Shown piece by piece: positions 36,266-47,300 of a stretch of DNA of 64,000 bases. The stretch covers positions 1 to 64,000 of the IMG/VR virus record IMGVR_UViG_2928595623_000002; one strand, given 5' to 3'. The translations under genes were made by a program, and so were the position numbers. The DNA comes from a virus. Lineage: Duplodnaviria; Caudoviricetes. The notes under the pieces are model-generated. The model had not been told where the DNA came from. It searched no databases and saw only the letters and a program-made list of their open reading frames with translations. Within the stretch, counting starts at the first letter, position 1, and every line of letters starts with the position of its first letter.

Positions 36266-37132
36266 ATGGGCAGCATCCAAAATCCTACTACATCTCATAC
36301 AACGATCGTCGCAGAACGCAACCCGATCGTCTTCATGAAGGGAGGCGAAGTCGTTGCCAACAGCCGCGACGTGGCCGAATACTTCGAGAAAGCACACAAG
36401 CATGTACTCGACGCCATAGACGACCTGATCCAGCGCGAGCCTTCCATTGAGCCGAATTTTCGGCCCATTGAAGTTGAAGTGAAAGTTGGTTTCGGCGTTC
36501 GGCTTGATCGCGGCTTCGATATGACTCGTGATGGCTTCACACTGCTCGCAATGGGCTTCACTGGCAAGAAGGCGCTGTCGTTCAAGCTCAAGTACATCGA
36601 AGCCTTCAACGTGATGGAGGCTGAGCTTCGCGGGAATATCCAGTCGGCTCGTGTCAAGGTCAACGTTCCGACAAATGAGCGCCTTGCTGTAGCCAGGGAA
36701 GGTCGCCTTCAGTTCAGGATGTTCCGGTCCGTTGCCCGAGATATCGGTCTAAAGGGCAATCAGGCAGTTCTCTCTGCGAACCGGGCGACGAAAATGACAA
36801 CCGGTTTTGATGTCATGGGTGCTCTGGGGCTCATGCGCATTGACGCCGAGGTGAACCAACCGGATCTTCGGCCATCTGATATCGCCGAGCGTCTCGGTAT
36901 ACGTAGTGCTCAGGAGGCCAACAAGCTTCTCGTCCGCTTCGAGTATCAGAACGCGCTCCGCGATCACAAGGGGCACGTCTACTACGAACTGACGCCGAAA
37001 GGTGAGCGCGCGGGCGGCGTCTTCAAGGACACCGACAAGAAGACCGGGCACGGAGTCCCGATCAAGCAACTCATGTGGGCTTCTCGGATCGTCGATCTTC
37101 TCAGATCCGATATGGAACAGGAGAATGCATGA
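36266..37132 (+). CDS. Rha-family regulator / antirepressor
   Basis: NSRDVAEYFEK.HKHVL; MTRDGFTLLAMGFTGKKA..FKLKYIEAFN. Confidence 0.92.
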   Translation: MGSIQNPTTSHTTIVAERNPIVFMKGGEVVANSRDVAEYFEKAHKHVLDAIDDLIQREPSIEPNFRPIEVEVKVGFGVRLDRGFDMTRDGFTLLAMGFTGKKALSFKLKYIEAFNVMEAELRGNIQSARVKVNVPTNERLAVAREGRLQFRMFRSVARDIGLKGNQAVLSANRATKMTTGFDVMGALGLMRIDAEVNQPDLRPSDIAERLGIRSAQEANKLLVRFEYQNALRDHKGHVYYELTPKGERAGGVFKDTDKKTGHGVPIKQLMWASRIVDLLRSDMEQENA

Positions 37133-37368
37133 TGAAGAACGTTTCGCACATTGAGATTGAAGGTGGAACCGTTATTGCGGACGGCAACTGCTCGCTTCCG
37201 ACGTTCATTGGCCAGTATCGCTATTACGTCAGCGTCATCGAGGGTGATGGCGGTCGCATTTGCATGTGGGACGGAGACGACTATGCGGATGCTCTAATGG
37301 AAGCGGATGAGCTCAAGACTTCCTTCAGTGCACGAAGAGTCGTGGATATGACGGTGATGGCGGCATAA
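37129..37368 (+). CDS. Hypothetical protein
   Basis: Coupled to rha. Confidence 0.6.
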   Translation: MMKNVSHIEIEGGTVIADGNCSLPTFIGQYRYYVSVIEGDGGRICMWDGDDYADALMEADELKTSFSARRVVDMTVMAA

Positions 37369-37434
37369 ATCGCCATCTGGTGACATTTTGACATGAATTT
37401 TCGGCGGTTCTTCGGAGCCGCCTTTTTACATGGA

Positions 37435-38046
37435 TCACCACTTGCATTCTTCGCGCAATGGTTTGATGGCGTCGTCAATTCCAGTGATATCGAATTCAGC
37501 GGTAACTGGGCTGCTGCCAAAAGGCGTAAACTTCACGATGAATTTCTTCCCGCCCAAGGCCTGCTTGATGAACGGTATTGCGCTGGATCCAGACCAAAGC
37601 CCAAGCGCTCTGCTGTCCGTCGATTGATCCATCTCCACAGATCGTGCCGGATGTTGGTCAATACGATAATCAACTGTCCCATAGCCTGGGATATTTGACA
37701 CCATCTGGCACTCTGAGCTGACCATAACGGAAGTTCGATTGTCAGCACACCGAAGGTTCAAGAATACCTTGCTCTGGCGTCCAAACGAGCATGTGACGAT
37801 ATCTTCGGACTCAACTGACATGAACACGAGCTTTTTGTCAGTGAGCTTCGATACCTCATTTTGCACCACCCACTTGGTGGACTGTGCTGGCGTCACAACT
37901 TCAACGGTTGGGGTTCGTCCACTCTGTTTGTCGTAGCAGGACAGGCGATCAAGATCATGTTCAACCTTCGCACAATCTGACGGTTGAGCGACTGCCGACC
38001 CCGCGCAGACAGAACCAATGAATACAAAAATAGCAGCAAAACGCAT
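37435..38046 (-). CDS. Exported protein resembling the VasI/TagO family
   Basis: Signal peptide; C-x8-RLSCYD motif. Confidence 0.65.
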   Translation of the reverse strand: MRFAAIFVFIGSVCAGSAVAQPSDCAKVEHDLDRLSCYDKQSGRTPTVEVVTPAQSTKWVVQNEVSKLTDKKLVFMSVESEDIVTCSFGRQSKVFLNLRCADNRTSVMVSSECQMVSNIPGYGTVDYRIDQHPARSVEMDQSTDSRALGLWSGSSAIPFIKQALGGKKFIVKFTPFGSSPVTAEFDITGIDDAIKPLREECKW

Positions 38047-38101
38047 TCTATCCTCCGTTGCAAAAACGCGAGGACGATAGCCAACCAATTTGCAAAGGTA
38101 A

Positions 38102-40156
38102 ATGGCGATGGACGTTGCAACACTTGGCCTTGCCGTTGATAGTAGGCAGGTTGAAAATGGTTCAAAGGCTCTCAATGACCTGACAAATTCAGCCATGAAG
38201 GCAGAAGCAGCGGCAAATGGTGTTTCATCTGGAACAAAGAATGCCTCTACGGCTGCGGCTGCGATGACGGCTAACGCAAGCAACGCTGCGCGCGCCCTTG
38301 ATATGGAATCTAGGTCGGCCCAAAACGCTACGCGCTCGATCATCGCTCATGGTTCCGCTGCGAAAACTGCTGCTTTGAACGTCGGGAACCTGGCGGCCCA
38401 GTTCCAAGATATTGGGGTGACATTGGCTATGGGGATGTCACCACTCCAGATCGCGCTTCAGCAAGGAACCCAGATGGCCGCAGTCATGGGGCCGATGGGG
38501 GCTGCCGGAGCCGTGCGTGCCCTTGGCGCTGCATTCATCTCCATTTTCTCGCCTATGTCACTTTTGACAATTGGCCTTGTGACAGCCGGAGCCGCCGCCG
38601 CACAATACTTTTTTGGCATCGAGACGAGTGGGAGCGGCGCAAACGATGTCATCGAAAAGCAGTCACAGCTTATCGGAAAGGTGGCAAATGACTGGGACCA
38701 AGCCACACCGCGCTTGAAGGCGTACGCTGATGAACTGGAGCGGGTAAGAAAGGCAAATGACCTCAGAAGCGCAGGCGAAGTCGCTGCAAAGGCAGAAACG
38801 ACAAAGGTCGAAGATGTCCTAGGCCTGATAAATCAGCAATATACCTCTGCAATACGGAATCTGCGGACTTATGGCGATGAAGGCAGCGCCGTTGCCAACT
38901 CGCTCGCGTCTGCGTTCGGTGATCTCCAGGTAAAGATCTCTGACGGAACAGCCACAACCAAGGATCTCGTTGACGCGCAAAACGCGATGGCATCTGCCGT
39001 CAACACATTTGGCATTCCGTCCGTAATAGAATTGCGGGCTGTATTTGATGAACTTGTTCCCAGCATCAATGCCGCGATTGCCGCAGCTGGAGGATTCCGG
39101 GCAGAGGTTTCGGCAGCACTGTCCCAACAGATGTTTGCGAAAAACCTTGGCAACTCCACTTTGCCGTCTCTTGATCCACTCGGCTTTATCAATGCTGACA
39201 GAGATCAGACTGCACGTGCAAATGCAACAAAATCTCAGACGCAGATCGCTGCAGAAGCCGCGGCTCGTCTTGCTGCACGTGCAAGCCGCTCTGGCGGTGG
39301 CGTATCTGAAATAGAGCGTCAAAAAGAGGCTGTAACAGATCTTATCTCACAGCTTGAATATGAGCAGTCTATTGTTGGTAAAAGCGCCCAAGAGCAGGCG
39401 AAAATGAATGCAATCCGTCGGGCTGGCGGTGCCGCAACGGAAGAGCAGAAAAAGAAAATTGAAGACATAATCGACGCAACATATCGAGAAAAAGAGGCAA
39501 TAGAAAATGCCAAGGAGGCCCTTGAAGACGCGAAGAGCGCGACAAAAGGGTTCCTGTCTGACCTGCGATCCGGCCTGATGGATGGCAAAAGCTTCTGGGA
39601 GTCTTTCGGTAACGCGGCGATGAACGTTCTCGACAAGATCATCAGCAAGGTCGAAGACGAGCTTGTAGACGCTCTTTTTGCAGCCAGCGGCACATCGAGT
39701 TCAAGCTCCGGTGGATTTCTCGGCATGCTCTTTGGCGGCATCGGGAAACTCTTCGGTTTCGCGTCTGGTGGTTATACCGGCGCCCGGTCGGCCTCGGCTG
39801 TTGCTGGCGTTGTCCATGGCGGCGAGTATGTCTTTTCCAAGCGTGCCACCGATCGCATTGGCGTCGGCAATCTTGAGGCGATGCACCGGTCTGCCAAGGG
39901 CTATGCATCAGGCGGATATGTCGCGCCTATGCCGGCAAACCAGAATGGCAGCGGATCGCGCAACGATGTCCTGCATGTCAACGTCGGACTGAAGAGGGAC
40001 GCCGCTCTCAACATCATGCCAGACGTTGAGGTCGTGGCAGAAAGAAAGGTCGCAAGCGCAGCTCCGCAAATCGTCAAGGCAGCAAGTTCTCGTGTGGTTC
40101 CGACTATGTCGCAGTACCAGATGCAGAAGCAGGGACGGGATTATAGGCTGGCATGA
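38102..40156 (+). CDS. Tape measure protein
   Basis: AAQFQDIGV...QQGTQ; FASGGYTG; VHGGEYV. Confidence 0.93.
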   Translation: MAMDVATLGLAVDSRQVENGSKALNDLTNSAMKAEAAANGVSSGTKNASTAAAAMTANASNAARALDMESRSAQNATRSIIAHGSAAKTAALNVGNLAAQFQDIGVTLAMGMSPLQIALQQGTQMAAVMGPMGAAGAVRALGAAFISIFSPMSLLTIGLVTAGAAAAQYFFGIETSGSGANDVIEKQSQLIGKVANDWDQATPRLKAYADELERVRKANDLRSAGEVAAKAETTKVEDVLGLINQQYTSAIRNLRTYGDEGSAVANSLASAFGDLQVKISDGTATTKDLVDAQNAMASAVNTFGIPSVIELRAVFDELVPSINAAIAAAGGFRAEVSAALSQQMFAKNLGNSTLPSLDPLGFINADRDQTARANATKSQTQIAAEAAARLAARASRSGGGVSEIERQKEAVTDLISQLEYEQSIVGKSAQEQAKMNAIRRAGGAATEEQKKKIEDIIDATYREKEAIENAKEALEDAKSATKGFLSDLRSGLMDGKSFWESFGNAAMNVLDKIISKVEDELVDALFAASGTSSSSSGGFLGMLFGGIGKLFGFASGGYTGARSASAVAGVVHGGEYVFSKRATDRIGVGNLEAMHRSAKGYASGGYVAPMPANQNGSGSRNDVLHVNVGLKRDAALNIMPDVEVVAERKVASAAPQIVKAASSRVVPTMSQYQMQKQGRDYRLA

Positions 40157-40860
40157 GCACCTTCATTCATTGGCCGCTCGGCCTGCTGACACCGGAAAGC
40201 ATCGCTCCTGTGATCGTTCCGTTCACTCGGTCAGGCGGACGCTCTTTGGGCGGCGTCGAGCCGGTGACGCGGACGGATCTCGGCTATTGGGAAATCGCCT
40301 ATGGCAATGTCCCGGTAATCGGGACCGCGAAAGAGCGGACATGGAACGCCATAGCTGCCATTCTTTCAGGCCGCTCAGGGCTTATTGTCGTGCCATTGGC
40401 AGGCAATGCTGCGCAGCCATATGCTTCCGACGAATATGAGCTCCCAAGCACCCTGACGCATTCGGACGGCTCCACGTTTTCGGACGGGACCGGCTATCGG
40501 CAGGGTGCGATTTCAATCCGAAGCGCTGGCGCTGCTGCCGAGATCGGCGCGACGACAATGCGCCTTCGTGTCGATCGTGGCAGCCTCGATCTTGCCGGGG
40601 CGCGGTTTTCTTACAAGCACGCGCTTTACCAGATCGGGCAGGTGCTTTCGGTCTCAGGCAAGGTCGTGCAGGTGACGATCACGCCGTCGATTGCCGCGAC
40701 AATCCCGCTGGATTCATCGCTGGAATTCGACAACCCAACCTGCCTTTGCCACCTTGCCGACGATCGCGGCATGGACGGCGGCTACAATGCGGATGGGTTT
40801 GAGCAGCGGTCTGTCACGTTCCGGGAAGCGACCGACTATTGGTCGTCGCTGGTGGCGTGA
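40153..40860 (+). CDS. Distal tail protein
   Basis: Follows TMP; TLTHSDGSTFSDGTGY. Confidence 0.7.
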   Translation: MSTFIHWPLGLLTPESIAPVIVPFTRSGGRSLGGVEPVTRTDLGYWEIAYGNVPVIGTAKERTWNAIAAILSGRSGLIVVPLAGNAAQPYASDEYELPSTLTHSDGSTFSDGTGYRQGAISIRSAGAAAEIGATTMRLRVDRGSLDLAGARFSYKHALYQIGQVLSVSGKVVQVTITPSIAATIPLDSSLEFDNPTCLCHLADDRGMDGGYNADGFEQRSVTFREATDYWSSLVA

Positions 40861-41429
40861 TGATCAGGTCTTTGCGTATTCTTTGCGAGATCCAGTTTCC
40901 GGGCCAGACGGTGCGGCTCTGGGATGGATCTGGCCGGCCATTCATGGATGCTGACGGCAATATCTGGCGGGCTGCACGTCTCAATGAAGAGGCGATCGAC
41001 CAGATTGAAAGCGCGATCAATGCTGAATCGTTCACGGTTGCTTTCACGATCTCCGGTATCGACAGCGCGATTTTCAGCACCGTATGGGCTGATTATCAGG
41101 CCGGGACGATCGTCGGTTCGCGGGTGCGGTTTCTGATTCAGCCGCTCGATGATTTTGAACAGCCGGTTGGCGATCCTGACATCTGCTTTACCGGCGGGAT
41201 CGACAATTTTTCGTTCGATGAAACAGCAGCCGACGACGGCAAGCAGTTCACAATTTCGGTCGAAGTGACGAACCGGTTTGCGCTGATTGCGCGGCCCTCC
41301 GGCTCTGTTCTTTCGGATGCGGACCAGAAGGCGCGTTCGGCTGTCATCAATCCCGGCGCCAATCCGGATCGGTCCTGCGAGCGGATCCCCGGCCTTGTCG
41401 ATAAATCGATCCGTTGGCCTGTTTGGTGA
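40860..41429 (+). CDS. Minor tail / hub protein
   Basis: RLWDG; SDADQ...D..C motif; position. Confidence 0.7.
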   Translation: MIRSLRILCEIQFPGQTVRLWDGSGRPFMDADGNIWRAARLNEEAIDQIESAINAESFTVAFTISGIDSAIFSTVWADYQAGTIVGSRVRFLIQPLDDFEQPVGDPDICFTGGIDNFSFDETAADDGKQFTISVEVTNRFALIARPSGSVLSDADQKARSAVINPGANPDRSCERIPGLVDKSIRWPVW

Positions 41430-41824
41430 TGAACGAGACGCTTGCCGCGTTTCTCGCGGCACAGGATGGCAAAGGCTGGCAGCCTGGGAAAAACGATTGC
41501 TGCCTTTATCTCGCCGCCTGGGCAATCTGGCTCGGTCATCGTGATCCGGCGCAGCATCTGCGCGGCACATACGACGATGAGGCCGGTTATCTGCGGATCA
41601 TCGAGGAAGCCGGCGGGATAGCGGCGCTTGTTGGTGATTGCGTCCAGCGGATCGGAGGGCGCGCGATTGCGAGGCCAAAGGTCGGGGCAATCGGCATTGT
41701 CGGATCAAGGCTGAAATCATCCATGCAGTTCGGGGCGATCGCAACGCCTGACGGCTGGTCGGTTCTGACTCATGCCGGGCAACGCATAGTTTGCGCTCCG
41801 GCGCTGAACATCTGGGAAATCTGA
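41429..41824 (+). CDS. NlpC/P60-like tail tip assembly protein
   Basis: W.PG.NDCC motif. Confidence 0.75.
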   Translation: MNETLAAFLAAQDGKGWQPGKNDCCLYLAAWAIWLGHRDPAQHLRGTYDDEAGYLRIIEEAGGIAALVGDCVQRIGGRAIARPKVGAIGIVGSRLKSSMQFGAIATPDGWSVLTHAGQRIVCAPALNIWEI

Positions 41825-41825
41825 T

Positions 41826-44264
41826 ATGGCGCAAATGCTGATCGGCAGTCTGTCGATGCTGCTCTTTCAAGGCGGGGTTTCGCTCGGGCTTATCACGCCG
41901 CTTGCGACCGGTCTTGTCTATGGCGGGTTGGCAGCGCTTGCCTATGGCGCCCAGATGTTGCTCAACCGGACATCGGTTCCGCAGCCGGAGGATGGCAACT
42001 ACAATCTCCGGCAGCCGGTTCCTAGCCTCGCCTTCGTGCTTGGTCGGGTGAAAAAGGCTTCTGACTATATGTTCCTTGAGCAGACCGGTGGCGATGCCTA
42101 TCATGTGCTTTGCATAGCAGGGCACCGGATTGACGGTTTCGTTCAGCATTACCTGCACGACGAAGCCGTGACGCTGAATGAAGGGGGCGGCGTGATCAGC
42201 CCCGACCATTTCGTTCAGGACGGGTTCGAATATGTCAACATCAAATACCGGCTCGGGCTCAATTCCAGCACGGCCTATGCTGACCTGATCACAAAATTTC
42301 CGACCGTCTGGAGCCTCGATCATCGCGGCGACGGGCTTGCGACCGTGCGCATGGTCGTAAACCATGTTTCGGCGGAAAGCTTCCAGAGCGTCTATCCGGC
42401 GGGAATGCCGCAACATTCGGCGGTTGTGGATGGCATGCGGCTCTATGACCCGCGCAACGAGGCTTCGAGCTTTTCGACCAATATCGCGCTTTTCCGGTTC
42501 TGGCATCTGACAAGCCCGGTTGGCGGCAAGTTGGGACGCGATGACCTCTATCTTCCGGAATGGCAGAATGCTGCCGATGTCAGCGACCGGATCATTTTGA
42601 ACCGCGATGGTGTCGAGGAGAACCTCTATCACGGTGGCATGTGGTTCCGGGCGGAGAACAATCCTGTCGATGTTGGCCGCATCATGGACCAGGCGGCGGA
42701 GCTGGTTGTTTACGAACGGCCTGACGGTCTGGTTGGTGTGCATGCCGGCGAATATGTGCCGCCGACAATCCGCCTCACGGAAAAGGATATTGTCCAGATC
42801 CAGTTCGACGCAAACAAGCGTGTAGCCTCAACCGTGCTTGCCGTGCGCGGCCAATGGACCAACCCGCAGAACCGTTATTCGACAGCGGATGCGGCGATCT
42901 GGGGTGATCCTTACATCGGGGAAGACACCGAGCGCACGAAGACGATCCAGAACCAGTGTGTGCAATCGCACAACCATATGCAGCGGCTGCAGAAAATGGC
43001 GATGGAGCGGGCGAATGCGCCGCGTGTTTCCGTGCTTGCCCATTATGAGGCCGCGCGGGCAGTTCGCAGCAAGCGTTTCGTAAAGATCCATATGCCGCCT
43101 TACCTCGACGAGGCGATCGTTGAAATCGTCTCGTCGCCGAAACTTTCGCTACGCAACCTGACGATCGAATTCACCGGCATCGTCTGGTCAAGCGTGCCTT
43201 ATGCATTCGACGCCGCAACGGAAGAGGGAGAGCCGCCGCCGGTAGTCGAGCCCGTGCCTGACGATGAGGTTCCGCAGCCGGAAGATTTCGCGGTCGAGAT
43301 CAAGACCGAGAGCGTTGGCGGCGGTGTATCCGTCGTCTATGGCCTCGCGACATGGACGGTTGTTGATGACGAATTCATTTATGAGCTTGGATGGCGCGCG
43401 ACGAGCGGCACCGACACCGAGTGGAAGAGCGCCTTTTCGCAGGCCGGCGACATCAACCTTCGGTCGGCTTACCTCAAGGATGCGTTCGCCTATGAATTCC
43501 GGCTGCGGACCTGGGCTTTCGGGACTGCTTCGCCTTGGGTCTATCTGCCAGACCCGATCGTCGTCTATGCCGACACGGTCGCGCCGCCGGCTCTGCGATC
43601 CTTCGCGCTTGCATCGCCCGTTGCCGCGCCTGGCTATGCGACCTTTGAAATCAAGACGCCGAAAACAACGCATCTCTACAAGGTCAAGCTTTTCCGCGTT
43701 GCAGCCGGTGCGGCATTCGACCCGGACACCGATTCTGTTCTTGATGAGGTCTATGTCCAGCCAAGCTTGACTTATGGCTATACGGACGGTGACGACAGCG
43801 TGACCGACGTTATCAGCAACGGGGTCTTTGCATCCGACACGGTGTGGACGAAGGGAACCGGCTGGTCGATCGGAAGCGGAAAGGCGACGCATGCGGTCGG
43901 AACCACATCGCAGCTGACGCAAGGCGCGGCCCTGACGATCGGTTCGAACTATCGCTACGGCTTTGTTGTTTCCGATTATGTCGCCGGATCCATCAATTTC
44001 CGCTTCCAGGGCGGAACGACCGTTGCCGGTGCTGCTGCCAGCAGCAACGGTTTCAAGTTCGGAACCATGACCACAGTCACGGGAAACAACGTCGCGGCCA
44101 TGAACGCGACGGCCTCTTTCGACGGTTCGGTCGATAATGTGGTTGCCTTCATTCCGACCGCCGATTCCGCGCCGGCTGGCGCTTACGACTATTACGCCGT
44201 GCCGGTGAATGCCTCCGGCCTGCCGGGCCCGACATCCGGGCCTGTTTCGGTCAACATTGCCTAA
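41826..44264 (+). CDS. Tail tip / central fibre protein with CBM-like C-terminus
   Basis: Size and position; NG.F.SDTVWTKGTGWSI. Confidence 0.8.
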   Translation: MAQMLIGSLSMLLFQGGVSLGLITPLATGLVYGGLAALAYGAQMLLNRTSVPQPEDGNYNLRQPVPSLAFVLGRVKKASDYMFLEQTGGDAYHVLCIAGHRIDGFVQHYLHDEAVTLNEGGGVISPDHFVQDGFEYVNIKYRLGLNSSTAYADLITKFPTVWSLDHRGDGLATVRMVVNHVSAESFQSVYPAGMPQHSAVVDGMRLYDPRNEASSFSTNIALFRFWHLTSPVGGKLGRDDLYLPEWQNAADVSDRIILNRDGVEENLYHGGMWFRAENNPVDVGRIMDQAAELVVYERPDGLVGVHAGEYVPPTIRLTEKDIVQIQFDANKRVASTVLAVRGQWTNPQNRYSTADAAIWGDPYIGEDTERTKTIQNQCVQSHNHMQRLQKMAMERANAPRVSVLAHYEAARAVRSKRFVKIHMPPYLDEAIVEIVSSPKLSLRNLTIEFTGIVWSSVPYAFDAATEEGEPPPVVEPVPDDEVPQPEDFAVEIKTESVGGGVSVVYGLATWTVVDDEFIYELGWRATSGTDTEWKSAFSQAGDINLRSAYLKDAFAYEFRLRTWAFGTASPWVYLPDPIVVYADTVAPPALRSFALASPVAAPGYATFEIKTPKTTHLYKVKLFRVAAGAAFDPDTDSVLDEVYVQPSLTYGYTDGDDSVTDVISNGVFASDTVWTKGTGWSIGSGKATHAVGTTSQLTQGAALTIGSNYRYGFVVSDYVAGSINFRFQGGTTVAGAAASSNGFKFGTMTTVTGNNVAAMNATASFDGSVDNVVAFIPTADSAPAGAYDYYAVPVNASGLPGPTSGPVSVNIA

Positions 44265-44303
44265 GCGCCACGGCGCGCAACATCCGAAAATCTGGAGATA
44301 CCC

Positions 44304-47300
44304 ATGGGAAGCGTGACAGACGCCTTCAACGAAATCTATCGCGACTTTGTGACCGACGGCGTCGGATCTTCTGGTGAGCATGAGCCACGAAAGGCCGATA
44401 TCCGCACGATCGGATCAACGATCGAAAGCTATGTCGCGGCCAATGGCGGCGGCGGGTCCGGTTCCAGTCTTCAATATAAAGACGCCGTGCGCGTTTTCGT
44501 GACGACGAATGTCAACGTCTCGACCGGGCTCGAGAATGGCGATACGCTTGACGGGGTGACGCTGGCGACCGGCGACCGTGTGGCGCTGGGCGGGCAGACC
44601 AATGCGGCGCAGAACAGCGTTTGGGTGGTGGTGGCATCGGGTGCGGCTTCGCGAGCATCCGACATGACTGCTTCCGGCCACGACCTCGCGACGGTCTATG
44701 TGCTCGAGGGAACGAATGCCGGCAAGCGCGTGACCTATGTTCCGCGCACGGATGGAACGATCGTTATCGGAACCACCGAATTCGACGCTGTCGTGACGGC
44801 GAAGGAAGACTCGACCGTCACCATTCAGCAGGTGATCGGCGCCAATTCGACGCCGGCCACCGGCACCGATACGAGCAACGATGTCGTGCGCGTGTGGGGC
44901 GCGGCGGTGACCTATGACGGGTTCATCAACCGCTTCCGTATTTTCGCCAATGCGGATGGTGAGGTGCGGCTGCGCCGGTTTACCAAATCGGGCGATACTT
45001 TCACGCAGGTTGGCGGTGATATCTCGCTTTCCGTCGTGGCCGGTCTCAACACATTCACCCGCTCTTCCGGCGCGTTGCCGCTGATCGAGGTCAATGCCGG
45101 TGAGTACCTTGGCGTTTACAACCGCAATGGTTCGGCGCTTGCCTACAAGACGGAAACCGGAATCGGCTGGTATAGCGGCGACGGAAACGTTACGACATTC
45201 ACCGACTCCACGCTTTCGACGGCGCAGACTCTGCAATGCGATTTCCGGATCGAGCAGAAGCCGGACAACATTTTTGATGAAAAGCTGGACGATCTCGACA
45301 GTCTGATTGGCCGTGGCCAGCAGACGATTGGCCTCGGTCGCGGCCTGACGCCGGATACGGCTTCTGGGTGGGTGGCGAAAAATACGTTCATCTTCCGCAA
45401 CCCTGTGATCAAATCTGGCCGCGTGCAGCAGATGCGCATTGGCTGCTCCAGCGCCGGCACATTCTATTTCAAGCGGTTCACCAAATCCGGCGACACCTTC
45501 ACCCAGGTCGGAAGCGATATCCCGATCCAGATCGGCAACGGGGATATCATTCTCAATGACGCCGATCTGCCGTACATCGAGGTCAATGCCGGTGAATATC
45601 TCGGGTTCTACCGTGGCAATGCCGGCATCGTTTTCAATTCCGACGCGGCTTATGCCTCCGATCCGTGGTATGCGGCTTCGCCGGCCGGGAACGTTTCGAC
45701 GCTCACCGATGCCGACACGACGAGTTCGTTTATCCAGATGCGCATCCACGTCCAGATGGGCGGGATAAGCGGGGTCAACAAGCGTCTCGACCTGATCGAA
45801 GACTCGCTCTCCTCGGAAGTGCGGGTCGAGGAATATTACAATGAGACGGTGATTTCCGCTTCGCTTGTCGAAGACGGGCTTGTCGCCGCCGTCAATGTGA
45901 CGACCAATCGCGACGGCACCGAGGCGACCTATTCCAACAGCGTGACATTCACTGCCGCAAGCGTCGGAACGATCCGTTACGATCTGCTTTATCTCGACGG
46001 GCAGGCCGGGACTTTCGGCATCATTGCCGGCACCGAGCGCGCCAATGACCCAACCTACTTTGCCGCGGCAAACACCAACTCGAAATACATCCCGATCTTC
46101 CGCGTTCGAGTGACCGATACCGCGCTTGTTGCTTTGCCGCTGTGGCGGCTTGCCGATGGGGTTGATCGCTCGGTGCAAAATCAGGTGATGCTTGACCGGG
46201 CACGCAACCGTGGCCTGTTGCGGCGCTTTCGGGACAAGGTGGCGCGCGGCGAGGCGGTGCGCATTGTCGGCTTTGGCGATTCGATCACGGCAATTCAGAA
46301 TGCAGACCCGTCCGCTTCGACGCCGAACGGGGTGAACCGCGATGTTGCGACCAAGACCGATGGGTATCTGACGCCGAAATATGGTTCCGATGTTCTGTCG
46401 GCGCAGACGCTTTACACGTCAAGCACGCTCGGTCGCGGCAATGATGGCGGCGGCTCGATCCATACTCGGATCGGATTCAACTGGTCGCTGGTGGCCGACC
46501 TCGAGGCGCGTGGCTACGTGCTGGGATCGACGCTGTTTTACGACAATTTCGGGCGCGGTGGCAAAAGCTCTGCCGATGCCGTGTCCGGCGGCGTGGCGAC
46601 GTCCTGGACGACGGATGCGGCTGCACTGGCCGGCGATCTCGTCGTTGTGGCGCTCGGCATGAACGAACGCGGCGACAGTGCCACCGAGGCGCGCATGGCC
46701 GTGGTGATCGACACGTTCCTTGCCGCAGGCTCCGATGTCGTGGTTATGGGGGTTCCTCGCCCGCGCTCCGGCACGCTTGCCGACTGGCAATACACAAACC
46801 GCGTGCTGGCCCGGGTGGCCGCCTACAAGGGCGTTGCCTTCATCAACCCCGCATCGATCGCTGATGACCGGTTCATTCAGGCGCTCGGCTTCACCAGCGC
46901 AGATATCTGCGAGTCCAACGGCTCGAACCATCCCGGCATTCGCGAACTGGCCCGCTATGGCGAGCAGTTGGTTGCGCATGTGCTGGGCGAAATCGACACA
47001 TATGTGCCGCAGAAGCGAACGATGCGGACGGACCTCAACCTGTTTGTTGACCCGGCCGACCGGACGAAGCAGCTTGAGTTCATCATTTCAGGCTTTTCGA
47101 CGGCGACGAAACGCCAATACACGTTCCCGAATGCAAGCGGGATCTTGGGAGACCTGACCTCAACGCAGACGTTTTTTAACAAGACCCTCCCAGACAATTC
47201 GACCTATTTCCGCGATAACTCCGATCTCACGAAGTTTGGACAATTCGAGCTTTCCGGCATTTCAACATCCACAACCAGAATTCTCACATGGCCGAATGCC

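Noticed and set aside
38390-38475. Inverted DNA similarity with 60830-60915
   Set aside because: Conserved TMP motif with many synonymous differences; not a recent repeat
44415-46178. Long antisense ORFs (also 27800-29239, 41598-42743, 43188-44381, 59431-60774)
   Set aside because: Shadow frames of GC-rich, codon-biased structural genes
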